From the NCBI RefSeq assembly GCF_009914755.1, contig NC_060928.1: a DNA stretch of 64,000 nt; one strand, 5' to 3'. The notes beneath the pieces are model-generated. The model was not told where the DNA came from. It did not search any database and was given only the letters and a program-made list of their open reading frames with translations. The DNA is from the human T2T-CHM13v2.0 reference genome, Homo sapiens. Shown piece after piece: positions 33,523-47,610 of the stretch (its first letter is position 1; the number at the start of each line of letters is the position of its first letter). Both the position numbers and the translations under genes were made by a program.

Positions 33523-34137
33523 TTAATTAATTTTTAAATGAAACTATAAGTACATCACTAAATATGCCTGAAGTAGAATAAATGTAAAGCATTTTATGTG
33601 TTGATTTGCACGACTTGAATAGAGTTGCCAACTGTGCTACCCCATGTGGCTCTCAGCCTTCTATCATCTCAGACACCCAGGCATCAAAGCAAGGAAGACA
33701 ACTTTGTTAGCACCATCTGGCTAGACCGCCATGTAGATTCTCTTCCTTTGAGACCGTGCTTGACAATAATTGGCTTAGATTAGGAAAAAAATTGGTATAT
33801 GTTCTTATCTAAGAGACACCACCCCCACCCCCACCATCCCGCCCATGTACAGCTTTTCTTCCTAAATTATTTCTTTCTCTGGGGCTCTATTACACTTTAT
33901 TTATTCTTTTTATTATCACGCTGTACTTTCATTGTATTATTCCTGTCCTAACTCTTATTATTATAAAGAAATCTCACCAAGGAGAATTTAAATCTCATTT
34001 CAGAGGTCCAGTCCAGATTTAGCTGAGAATCTTGAAGAATAACATTCATATAGAAAATGTATAGTCCATAAGTTTAATGAGTGATCATGCCATGCAGTTA
34101 GAATCCAGACAAAAAACAGAATGCTGTCAGCACCTTA

Positions 34138-34456
<319 letters not shown>

Positions 34457-34682
34457 GAAGTGTCTCCATGCTCCGTTTTAGTCACTACCTAAGCCCAGCA
34501 GTGTTACCACCATTGTGACTTCCAACACTGTAGATTACTGTTGCCTCTTTTTCAAATTTATATGAATGGAATCTCATATACTCTTTTGTGTCTGTCTTTT
34601 TTGCTTAACTTTGTGAGATTCAATCATGTTGTTGCATTGTTACTGTATTCCATCTGATGAAGATGCCATTATTTATTCATTG

Positions 34683-35787
34683 TGTGGTAGAAGTTATTAA
34701 ATTATTTTAGGCAGATAGAAAGGAAAAGGGGTCCTTGGACATTTTCATTTTTAAAGCAGCTCTTTTTAAATTATTATTATTATACTGGGATACATGTGCA
34801 GAACATGCAGGTTCGTTACATAGGTATACACGTGCCATGGTGGTTTGCTGCACCCATCAACCCGTCATCTACATTAGGTATTTCTCCTAATGCTCTCTCC
34901 CCTAGCCCCCCAACCCCCTGATAGGCCCCAGTGTGTGATGTTCCCCTCCCTGTGTCCATGTGCTCTCACTGTTCAACTCCTGCTTATGAGTTAGAACATG
35001 TGGTGTTTGGTTTTCTGTTCCTGTGTTAGTTTGCTGAGAATGATGGCTTCCAGCTTCATCCATGTCCCTGCAAAGGACATGAACTCATCCTTTTTTATTG
35101 CTGCATAGTATTTCATGGTATATATGAGTCACATTTTCTTTATCCAGTCTATCATTGATGGACATGTGGGTTGGTTCCAAGTCTTTGCTATTGTGAACAA
35201 TGCTGCAATAAACATACGTGTGCATGTGTCTTTATAGTAGAATGATTTATAATCCTTTGGGTATATACCCAGCACTTAGAGCCAGGCCAGCAACCTTTAA
35301 TATGCAAATGCCAGGCATTAGAAACTGGGTCCACCCAAACGTGGCAGTTCCTGCGGCCTTCTTACCCTTGCCCCACGTTCCTGGCAACATAGCCGCCCCC
35401 ACATATCCACGTGTGTAAAACATCATGGTGCCCTTCCTTTGCATATTAAAAGGCTAGGGTAGGAGGGCCAGCTTTTTTGCAGGCTATGTAAATGACATGC
35501 CTGGTCAAACCAATCCCCTGTGCCCTATGCAAATCAGACACCGCCTCCTTCAGTCTCTGTATATACCTGGCTAATTTCTGCCCCACTTGGGGTCTTCTCT
35601 TTCGGCTTTGGAGCCTCCCTCCCTCTCTCTCTACAAGGGAGCGTCTTCCTTCCTTCCTTCTCCCTTCCTTCTCGCCTATTAAATTCTCTGTTCCTTAAAA
35701 CCACTCCACGTGTGTCTGTGTCTTCTCATCTAATTCAAGGTAAAACAAAAAAGCCCTGGTGTTTCTCCACTCATCCGAGCCGTATCA
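34683..35787 (+). mobile_element. LTR9-family (HUERS-P3) solo LTR, split by an L1PA, inside an L1ME relic
   Basis: ttttaggcagatagaaaggaaaaggggtcc ... atatgcaaat ... ctatgcaaatcagacaccgcctcc ... ATTAAA ... gagccgtatca. Confidence 0.75.
34763..35273 (-). mobile_element. 5'-truncated L1PA (about L1PA6-8) 3' end
   Basis: gggatacatgtgcagaacatgcagg...tttgggtatatacccag. Confidence 0.9.
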
Positions 35788-36505
35788 TTTGTACTGATGA
35801 TGAAGATTTGTGTGGTTTCCAGTTTTTGCTTATTATGTAAAATGCAGCTCTAAACTTTGTTTGTCTTTTAAGAACATATGCAATTAATTATTTTGGTTTA
35901 CACTTAGGAGTAGAATTTCTGGGTCATTAGGTATATGTGTATTTAGAGATACTGCCAGTTTTCCAAAGTGTAGTTGACACTCCCAACAGTAGTGTACAAA
36001 AGTTTCATTTTGAGCATAGACTTAGTCTCAATCTAATTCCGGGACTGGGTATCTAACTGACCCAGCTTGGAGCTGGTATCTGGTCAATTACAATGAGGGG
36101 ATTAAGGGTCACATAGTACAGACATGGTTTTGGGAGGCCCACCACTGCTGCATTCTAGGTGGAAGTAGAGGCAATTTCTAAAACATCGGAGATTGTATGA
36201 ACTGGGTAGATAACCTAAAAGGTTTCAGTCACATATATACAAATTAGATGCACAAGGAGAGGCTCTGGACTGGAGATACAGCTTCAAGCCATCAGCAAAG
36301 TAATGTAGTTGAAGCAACGTGACTAGATGAGATTGCCTAAGGACACTGCTTAGAGTGAGATAAGAGAGGGTAGCCTCTGTTAGAACTCTGGAAAACACCA
36401 ACATTTAAAGGATGACAAGAAGAGGAATCTCTAAAGTAAACTGAGAAAATATAATCAGAAATCCAACGGAATGTGATGTCATGAAAGTTAAGAAAGAGAA
36501 TGTTT

Positions 36506-36918
<413 letters not shown>

Positions 36919-37347
36919 TTAGTGAAATGATGGGGCAGAAGCCAGATTGCAATGGGTCAGGAATGTGTGAAAGATGAGGAGATAGAGATAATAAATGTCA
37001 CCAACTTGTTCAAGTCATTTAGCTATGGAAGGAAGAGGAAGCAGGCATAGAGAAAGGGCAGTCAGAAGGCAGGAGAAGCTTGAGCAGACTTACCTGCTGA
37101 TGAGGAAGATGCAGTTGAGAAAGATACTCAGTAAAGTAAGGTCACTTGGAAGGAGATATGATCCCAAGCTGTGGGGAAATGTGTCAGCCCTATGGGGACA
37201 CAGAAAGACTTCTTCCAGTGTAACCATAAGGGAGCAGGGAAAGATGACTGGTTTTGTGGCTGAAGTTTGAAAGAGGCTAGTCACTCAGTACATACTAGGT
37301 GTTCAGTAAAATTAGCTGAATTAATTGAGGACTAAATGACTTTATAC

Positions 37348-37878
37348 AAGTATCTACCCAGGGGAAAAGAAGTCATTATACGAAAAAGATACTTGCACAC
37401 CCTTGTTTATTGCAGCACAATTTGCAATTGCAAAACTATGGAACCAGCCCAAATGCCCATCAATCAACAAGTGAATAAAGAAAATGTAGTGTACACACAC
37501 ACACAATGGAATATTACTCAGCCATAAAAAGGAATGAAGTAATGGCATTTGCAACAACCTGGATGGAATTGTAGACTAATACTCTAAGTGAAGTAACTCA
37601 GGAATGGAAAACCAAACATTTTTGTTCTCATTCATAAGTGGGAGCTAAGCTATGAGTACCCAAAGGCGTAAGAATGATACAGTGTACTTTGGGGACTCGG
37701 GAAAATGGTGGGAGGGGGGTGAGGGAATATACTACACACTGGGTACAGTGCTACTTGGGTAATGAATGCACCAAAATTTCAGAAATCACCACTAAAGAAC
37801 TAATTCATGTAACCAAATACGACCTGTTCCCAAAACCCATTGAAATAAAATATAATTAAGTAAATTTTTAAAATGTTT
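37348..37878 (+). mobile_element. 5'-truncated L1PB 3' end
   Basis: aaagaagtcattatacgaaaaagatacttgcacac ... atcaccactaaagaacttaattcatgtaacc; TSD aaatgact(t/g)tata. Confidence 0.88.
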
Positions 37879-38029
37879 AAAATGACTGTATATAGGCATA
37901 CCTCAGAGATATTGCAGGTTTGGTTCCAGACCACTACAGTAAAGCAAGTCTTGCAATAAAATGAGTCACAACATTTTTTGTTTGTTTTGTTTTGTTTCCT
38001 AGTGCATATTGAAGTTATGTTTACAGTCC

Positions 38030-38356
<327 letters not shown>

Positions 38357-39360
38357 TTATATCTAAAAAAAAAAAAAAAAAACCATACATTAAGATACTT
38401 TATTGCTAAAAATGCTAGCAATCATCTGAGCCTTCATCAAGTCATCTTTTTGCTGCTAGAGGTAGAGGGTGTTGCCTCAATGTTGATGGCTGATGACTGA
38501 TCAGGATGGTGGTTGCTGAAGGTTGGAGTGGCTGTGGCAATTCCTTAAAATAAGAGAACCATGAAGTTTGCTGCATCCACCAACTATTCCTTTTATGATC
38601 GATTCTCTGTAGCATGTGATATTATTTGATAACATTTTACCCATAGAAGAACTTCTTTCAAAATTGGAGTCAGTCCCTCCAAACTCTGCCACTGCTTTAT
38701 CAACTAAATTTATTCTAAATCCTTTGTTATCATTTCAGTGAAATTCACAGCATCTTCACCAAGAGTAGATTCCATCTCAAGAAACCACTTTCTTTGCTCA
38801 GCCATATGAAGCAACCCCTCATCTGTGAAAGTTTTATTATGAGATTGCAGCAATTCAGTCCCATCTTTAGGTTCTACTTTTATTCTAGTTCTCTTGCTAT
38901 TTTTACCATGTCTGCAGTTACTTCTTACACTGAAGTCTTGACCCCCTCAAAGTCATCCGAGAGGGTTGGAAATAACTTCTTCAAAACTCCTGTTAATGTG
39001 GATATTTTGAGCTCCTCCCATGAATCATGAATATATTGAATGGTATCTAGAATGGTGAACCCTTTCTAGAAAGGTCTCAATGTACTTTGCCAAGATTCAT
39101 TAGAGGAATCACTATCTATGGCAGTTATAGCCTTACAAAATGCAGTTCTTAAAGAAGACTTGAAAGTGTAAATTACTCCTTGATCCATGGGCTTCAAAAT
39201 GGATGTTGTGTTACCAGGCATGAAAACATTAATCTCCTTTTACATTTCCATCAGAGCTCTTGGATGAACAGATACGTGAGCAGTAATATTTTGAAAGGAA
39301 TCCTTTTTTTTTTTTCCCCCTGAGCAGTAGGTCTCAACAGTGGGCTTAAAATAGTAAACT

Positions 39361-39656
39361 GGCCTGGCACAGGGTCTCACACCTATAATCCCAGCACTTT
39401 GGGAGGCCGAGACGGGTGGATCACCAGGTCAGGAGTCTGAGACTAGCCTGGCCAACGTGGTAAAATCCTGTCTCTACTAAAAATACAAAAATTAGCCAGG
39501 CATGATGGCAGGTGCCTGTAATCCAGCTACTCAGGAGGCTGAGGCAGGAGAATCGCTTGAACCTGGGAGGTAGAACTTGCAGGGAGCCGAGATCATGCCG
39601 TTGCACTACAGCCTGGGCAACAAGAGTGAAACTCCATCTCAAAAAAAGAAAAAAAT
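39361..39656 (+). mobile_element. AluS within Tigger1
   Basis: Forward Alu. Confidence 0.9.
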
Positions 39657-39886
39657 ATTCAGTAAACCATGCTGTAAACAGATATGCTGTCATCTAGGCT
39701 TTGTGGTTGCGTGTATAGAACACAGGTAGAGTAGCTTTAGTGTAATTCTTAAGGGCCTTAGGATTTTCGGAATGGTTAATGAGCATTGGCTTCACCTTAA
39801 AGTCACCAGATGCATTATTAGCCCCTATCAGCCCCAACACAGCGTTATTAGCCTGTCCTTTGAAGCTTTGAAGCCTTGAAGTCAGG

Positions 39887-40325
39887 TGTCACGTGCGTTT
39901 GTGTGAAGAGAGTCCACCAAACAGGCTTTGTGTGAGTAACAAGGCTGTTTATTTCACCTGGGTGCAGGCGGGCTGAGTCAGAAAAGGGTGGTGAGATTAT
40001 CGTTAGTTCTTATAGGTTTGGGATAGGCGGTAGAATTAGGAGCAGTTTGTGGGCAGGGGGTGGATCTCACAAGGTACATTCTCAAGGGCAGGGAGAATAT
40101 TACAAAGTACCTTCTTAAGGGCAGGGGAATATCTCAAAGTGCATTATCGCAAGGGCGGGAGGGTGTATTGTCATAAGGTCAGTTGATCAGTTAGGGTGGG
40201 GCAAGAACAGATCACAATGGTGGAATGTCATCTTTTGTGGTTCTTCAGTTGCTTCAGGCCATCTGGATGTATATGTGCAGGTCACAGGGGATATGATGGC
40301 TTAGCTTGGGCTCAGAGGCCTGACA
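39887..40325 (-). mobile_element. HERV-H solo LTR (LTR7 family, LTR7C/LTR7B-like)
   Basis: Reverse complement starts tgtcaggcctctgagcccaagctaagccatcatatcccctgtgacctgcac; TG...CA ends; 5-bp TSD tcagg/ccagg. Confidence 0.92.
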
Positions 40326-41062
40326 CCAGGCATTGACTTTTCCTCTCTAGCTATGAAAGTCCTAGATGGCATCGTCTTCCAATGCAAGGCAGTATTGGAA
40401 TCTGAAAATCTGTTGTTTAGTGTAGCCACCTTCATCAATGATCTTAGCTAGATCTTCTGGATAACTTGCTCCAACTTCTACATCAGTACTTGTTGCTTCA
40501 CCTTGCACTTTTATGTTATAGAGATGGCCTCTGTCATTAAACCTCATATACCAACCTCTACTAGCTTTCAACTTTTTTCCTACAGTTCTCTCATTTCTCT
40601 CAGACTTTACAGAATTGAAGAGAGTTAGACCTTGCTCTGGCTTAGGCTTTGGATTAAGGGAATGTTGTGACTGGTTTGATATCCAGACCACTAACACTTA
40701 TCATGTTTCCATATCAGCAATAAGGCTATTTCACTTTCTAATCATTCGTGTGTTCACTGGAGTAGCACATTTAACTTCCTTCAAGAATTTCTCTTTTGCA
40801 TTCACTACCTGGTTAACTGGTACAAGAAGTTTAGCTTTCAGTCTACCTCAGCTTTTGACGTGCCTTCCTCACTAAGCTTAATTATTTCTAGATTTTGATT
40901 TAAAGTAAGAGATATGCCACTCTTCCTTTCATTTTAACACTTAGGGACCATTGTAGTCTTATTAGTTGGCCTAATATCAATATTGTCCTTAGGGAATAGG
41001 GAGGCCCCAGGAGAGGGAGATGGGAAGGGAAAGGTTGGCAGAGCAGTCAGAACACATACAGT

Positions 41063-41357
41063 GTTTTTTTTGTTTAGAGGAGTCTCACTCTGTCGCCCCG
41101 GCTGGCGTGATGTTGGCTCACTGCAAGCTTCGCCTCCCGGGTTCACGCCATTCTCCTGCCTCAGCCTCCTGAGTAGCTGGGACTATGGGCGCCCGCCATA
41201 ACACCCGGCTACTTTTTGTATTTTTTTTTTTTTTTTTTAGTAGAGACGGGTTTTCACCATGTTAGCCAGGATGGTCTCGATCTCCTGACCTCGTGATCCG
41301 CCTGCCTCAGCCTCCCAAAGTGCTGGGATTACAGGCGTGAGTCACCGCACCCGGCCT
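41063..41357 (-). mobile_element. AluY within Tigger1
   Basis: TSD aacacataca. Confidence 0.92.
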
Positions 41358-42847
41358 AACACATACAATATTAATTAATTAAGTTCCCCATCCTATACGA
41401 CCATGTTTCCTGGTGCCCCAAAATAATTACAATAGTAACATCAAAGATCACAGATCACCATAACAGATGTAATAGTAATGATAGTTTGAAATATTGTGAG
41501 GATTACTAAGATGTGACAGAGACAAAGTGAGCACATGCTTTAAGAAAAAATGGTGCTTATAGACTGGCTTAGAAGCAGGGTTACCACAGCCCTTCAATTT
41601 GTACAAAAGGCAGTATTTGTGAAATGTGATCAAGTGAAGCACAATAAAATGAAGTATGCCTGTATTTTCAGGCATTGTATACTGCCATTTCATTTGTCAG
41701 TTCTCTGTGTATTCAAACCTCCTGTGAAGGAACCTTCTGATTTCATATTCATTACAACAGAGGGTGTAGCAACTTAGAATTCTGTGCTTTAGAAATTCAG
41801 ATGTGTTACTACCTTCATGTAGTTCCCATTTGTTTCCCAGTTTGGAATTACTACCTTTGTCACGAAAAGATCTTCAAGTACTTCTGCATTATATAAAAGT
41901 GGTGACTATAAATAGATGTATTCATTTAAATAGTTTATGTCTGTATACAAAATTCTATGGTCTAGATGCATAGCTAAAGAAATTATCTTTGGCTCAGGAA
42001 AATAGATAATTGTATTGATTTCACAAAATACTGTGACTGCATTTTTGGAGTTGTTTTTGGATCCTGAAACATATGATTTTGAAGATCTTTAGTGGTGATA
42101 AGAATTTATCTTTTCAAGGGGATAGTTTTTGACAAGCAAATATTATGAACCAAGTCTGTTGCTTTTTCTTACCCGGGTTTCAGCTTCTGTCTTCAATCTT
42201 TTTAAAGTAAATTACATGATTTAATGATATCTGTGGAATACTACTGAGTGAGCCCTGAAACAGCAAGAATAATGGAGTTCTTGCCCATGGATATGGAAAG
42301 GGCAAATCGTAGCACCATATTATTTTCGAAAGCCTCATACTGAGATTATTGTCAGATATGGTGCTTTTGTGGCAGGGTAATTAAAGTTGTCCTTAAAAGG
42401 CTTATATTTAGAAGTAATTGTTTTTATTTATTTTCCTGTATCAGTGTGTTAGCTGTCGCTTTTATACTAAGAAATCTTAAACTGCTATCCTCTGATTTAT
42501 AGTCATTAGGCAAATTATGCTAGTCCCTGCTGTTCATTATGTATCAGTATTTTTTCTTCACCCCAGGTTAAAAAGTTGTTTCCTTTTTGAAATCAGGCTG
42601 CTGCATCTTTTTTATTTTCTGCTTGAGCTCAACTTCTTTTTAGGCTATATTTTCTACTTGATACTTGACATTTTCCTAATGCTTCTAGAATAGGAGGCTG
42701 GATCACAAAAAGCTGCTATTTCTACTTTAAAGAGATGAAGACTGAAATTTTTTTTTTAACTGTTCTTTTTGTCATACTCCCTGACATATTGTTTTTTGGT
42801 TAAATGATATGTAGTAGAGTTATTGATATACAGTACTCTCAGCTAGA

Positions 42848-43044
42848 TTTTTTTTTTTTTTTTTTGAGTTGGAGTCTTGCACCATCACCCAGGCTGGAGT
42901 GCAATGGCGTAATTTTTTGTATTTTTAATAGAGACAGGGTTTCACTGTGTTGGCCAGGCTTGTCTCAAACTCCTGACCTGGTGATCCGCCCACCTTGGCC
43001 TCCCAAAGTGCTGGGATTACAGACGTGAGCCACCGCACCCGGCC
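42848..43044 (-). mobile_element. AluS with ~100-bp internal deletion
   Basis: Junction gcaatggcgt|aattttttgt; TSD actctcagctagatttt. Confidence 0.9.
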
Positions 43045-43141
43045 ACTCTCAGCTAGATTTTAATACGGGAAACAACTTACCATTTTTTTAAACATCCAAG
43101 AGAAAAAATATTATTCAAACTTGACTGAGTAGGTGAGACTT

Positions 43142-43752
<611 letters not shown>

Positions 43753-43933
43753 ATTTTATAAATAACTGATGCTTGTTTTTAAGCCATCCAGTCTGTAGTA
43801 CATTGCTACGGCAGCCCTAGGAAACAAATACAAACACTAAAGCTGTAAAACATGTTGGAAAATAAACTATTTGCTCTAAGACATTTTAAACAAATTTGTG
43901 TTAAAACGAGTAAAAAAATGTTAAACAAGATTT

Positions 43934-43987
43934 GGGGGAGCCTCGCTGAACCTATTCTGGTTCGGAGGCTGCCCGATTAAAAAAAAA
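43934..43987 (+). mobile_element. Tiny MER51/MER57-like LTR fragment ending in poly(A)
   Basis: ggagcctcgctgaacctattctggttcggaggctgcccgatt followed by A9. Confidence 0.6.
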
Positions 43988-44989
43988 TTAGGTACATTAT
44001 ATTCAGTGGATTCTTAGAAAATGTGAAGGTCTTTGTCATGTTCAGTAGAGGGGCAAAGATAAAAAAATTGAGGCTTTGTTAGAAAAGTTATAGTTAAATA
44101 TGTGTGTATGTTAGTATAGTATGTGTATAGTTTCTAAAGTGGTAGAAAATAAATAGAACAGATTTTTTCAAGGAAAGTAATAAAAGGAGCAAAAACTATA
44201 TAAAACAAAACTAAAAATATGACGGAAATAAATTATAAGTCATTCTGAAAAACTTGGAAAATAGAGAAGACAAAAAACAAGCAGCCACAATCCCACTAAC
44301 TCCTGACTTTTTATGCCAATCTGTCTATAGATAGATAAGCTCACGTTGTCATAGTCAACTAAAGGCTGATTGCTAACATTTTCTAAACATTTACCCACCT
44401 CATTAAAAACTTTGCATAAACAAAGTAATTTAAATAGCTCTATCACATCTTGTCCTATGGATCTAACAGAATTTACTATTTACCTATTGTTAGGCATTTC
44501 CATTTTATATACTATTTCCACCTTCATTTTTCCTCATTGGAAAGGAACACATTCTCATTTTAGAAAATGTGTAAATCACAGGCATGCCAAAAGGAGAAAA
44601 TAAATCACCAATAACGCTATCATCTAAATTATTACAGTTAACATTGATGTATACTTTGCAGTTTATTTTCTACGCATTGTATGCAGTTTTTCACCATTAC
44701 ACCTAAATTGCTTCCAAACACCTTTACACATAAATCTTTGTTTGCATTTTTATTTCTATAGGGTAAATTTTGGAATGATGAGATCATAATGTATGAATAG
44801 CTTTAGGATCCTGATAATGTATTATCAAACTTCTTTGGGGAATTTTTTTTCATGTTGCTTTTCTCAACATAATCCCAGGTTAGTAGTAGTCTGAACCTAA
44901 ACAAGCATATCTTTAGAAGGTTTGGACTCAAACAATAACACACACTTCGGCATTCCTGGAGCAACAAGCCTCCCCCTTTATACTCACTC

Positions 44990-46770
44990 CCACACATATC
45001 TAACAGATGTCTTCACTGGGATAGTCCCCAGGTACCTCAAACTCAGCATTTTTTGAACTGAGCTCTTTCTTATTCCTCTATAGACCTGATTCTCTCCTTT
45101 ATTCTTTTTCTTGATAAACTGGCTCCACTACCAATCATTAGAACTAGAAGGCTAAAAGTTATCTTAAATTAGTGTTCCTTAAAATCAACTGGTAGAGGTT
45201 GTACGAGTAGTTACAACTGAACTGTCACTAAGGCCTACTGGTTGTACTTCATACAGACCTCTCAAATCCATCCTATCCTCTCCCCTCCATCGCCACTGCC
45301 CTACTTCAGATTCTTATTTCCCCTAGATTACCTTAACAGTTTCTTAACTGGCTTCCCCCACCAACCAATTCCAGATCTAAATCTATTCCAATCTTCTAAA
45401 ATCAAGTAAAGTCAAATTACTTCTAGATTTAAAGACCTCTATTGCAAAGAGAAACATTAAAAAAGAAAAAAAAAAAAACTTCCCATGAGTTGATTTGTAT
45501 CCTCTTCTCCAGCCTCACCTTATCATCCGCAGCACCACCCACCTCCCAACCCTCTATTTCAGACATTCTGAACCCATCACAGTTTCTTGAACGTGGCATG
45601 CTGTTGCATGCTTCCTTGCTTTTATACTTTCTCTACTCACTGCATAGAGAGCCCTGCTCAGTGTACCCACTGTGCATGCTCTTACCACTCTCATCTTCCC
45701 ACCATAAAATCTGTAGACTCAATCTCTACCTACCATCTCTTCCTTCCCTCCTGCAGTACAGCGGTCTTCCTCCTCAAAGGCCAGTCCCCCTGCTCAGATG
45801 CTCTCCATCTTGTGTCCCTCAGGCTTTCTCAAACAAACAGATGTTTTCCCTTTACTCCCTTAGTTGTCACTCTCTCACTACCTCTCACGCTATGCAAGTA
45901 CATACATCAGCATACAAATATACTCTGATGTCTCTCAGCTTAAGAAAGTCGCAAACCCTCCAGTAACCACATAGCCTTCCAGCTACTGCCCCATTCATGT
46001 GCTCCCCTTAGCCAAACTTTTCAGTTCATCTAGAGTGGCTGTCTTCTCATCATCACTTCCCACTCACTCTTCAGCATACTACCATCTGGTTTCTGTCTCC
46101 AGCCCCTCAGCTTTCTAGCTCAGACCTTTCCTGAGGTCCAAAGGAGAATATCCAAATACTTGACTAACATCTACCCTTACATAATCACAGACATGGGAAA
46201 CTAAATTGATCTAGAACAAAACTCTTGATTTTCCCATGAAACAGCTTCCTCTGGCCCCCTCTTCCCCGTGCAGTAACTGACTCACCATCTCCGCACTTGC
46301 TGAAGTCACACCCAGGAGTTGTTCTTGAGTCCACTAAGCTATCAATTCTACCTGCATACTTTTATTTGCTTCTCTCCATTTTTATTGTTAGTGCTCTGGG
46401 CCGGGTCACCACCATCTATTGTACCAGATTCTAAACTGGTTTCCACCCTTGCCCTCCTCTAGGCTGCCCTTTTTAAAGCAGGAAAAGTGATTTTAAAATG
46501 TAAATAGAATCACTCCATTCATCTACTTAAAACCTTTCAATAAATCCTTATTGCACTTTAACAAAATAAAAGCTTGTGGACAATGAGATGCTGCATAACT
46601 TAGACAGCGCTCCTCATACCAGTCTCATCTCACTCCCCGCTCCTCTCACTTACCTTACTGTGGTCCTACTGGTCCTCCCTCAATTCCTAGAACATGACAA
46701 GTTTCTTAGACCTCAGGGACATAGCACATGGTGTTCTGTCTGGAATGTTCTTCTCTCCCTCTCTGTGTAG
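44990..46770. mobile_element. L2 relic fragments
   Basis: caggtacctcaaactcagcat, cttaaaacctttcaat and ctggaatgttcttc L2 motifs. Confidence 0.6.
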
Positions 46771-46964
46771 CTAAGTGTTTTACATGTGGTATCTTATTTA
46801 ATCTTCTTACCAACTATGAAGCAAACACTACTGTTTCTCATATTTTTTCATTAAAATGTATTTATGTATCTATCAAAAAAATAACTCAGCATTGATAGAA
46901 GTAACTATAGAACAAGAGCTGGCAAATAACAGCATGTGGGGCGAAGCGAGTACCCCTCCCCACT

Positions 46965-47610
46965 GTTTTTTAATAGACCATTTTTTACAGCAGTTTTAAT
47001 TTCATAGCAAAACCACGCAGAAAGCTCTAAGAGTTTCCATATACTGTCTGTCTACCTCCACTTCCTCAGCCTCTGGTGTTATCAATATTTTGCACCAAAG
47101 TGGTACATTTATTACAACCTATAAACCTTCATTGGTACACCATTATCCCCCAAAGTCCATAGTTTACATTAGGGTTCACTCTTGGTGTTGTATATTCTAT
47201 GGAGTTGGACAAATATGTAGTGATATGTCTACATTATAGTGTCATACAAGAGAGTTTCACTGCCCTAAAAATCCTCTGTGCTCTGTTCATCCCTGTGTTT
47301 CCCATAACCCCTGGCAGCCACTGATCCTTTTACTGTCTCCACAGTTCTGCCTTCTGCAAAATGTCATGTAGTCGGAATCACACAGTCTGATTCTTTTCAG
47401 ATTGGCTTCTTTCACTTAGTAATATGCATTTAAGGTTCCTCCATGTCTTTTCATGGCTTGATAGCTCATTTCGTTTTAGTGCTGAATAATATTCCATTAT
47501 TTAGATGTACCATTGTTTATTTATTCATTCATCTACTAAGAAGAACATATTGGCTGCTTCCAAGTTTCGGCAATTATAAACAAAGCCATTATAAACATCC
47601 ATGTGCAGTT
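46965..47610 (-). mobile_element. L1MC-type 3' fragment
   Basis: caaagtccatagtttacattagggttcactcttggtgttg; ttttcagattggcttctttcacttagtaatatgcatttaag. Confidence 0.82.

Noticed and set aside
45442-45966. Longest ORF in the track (174 aa)
   Set aside because: Non-ATG start, pyrimidine-rich L2-region sequence, no recognisable protein similarity.
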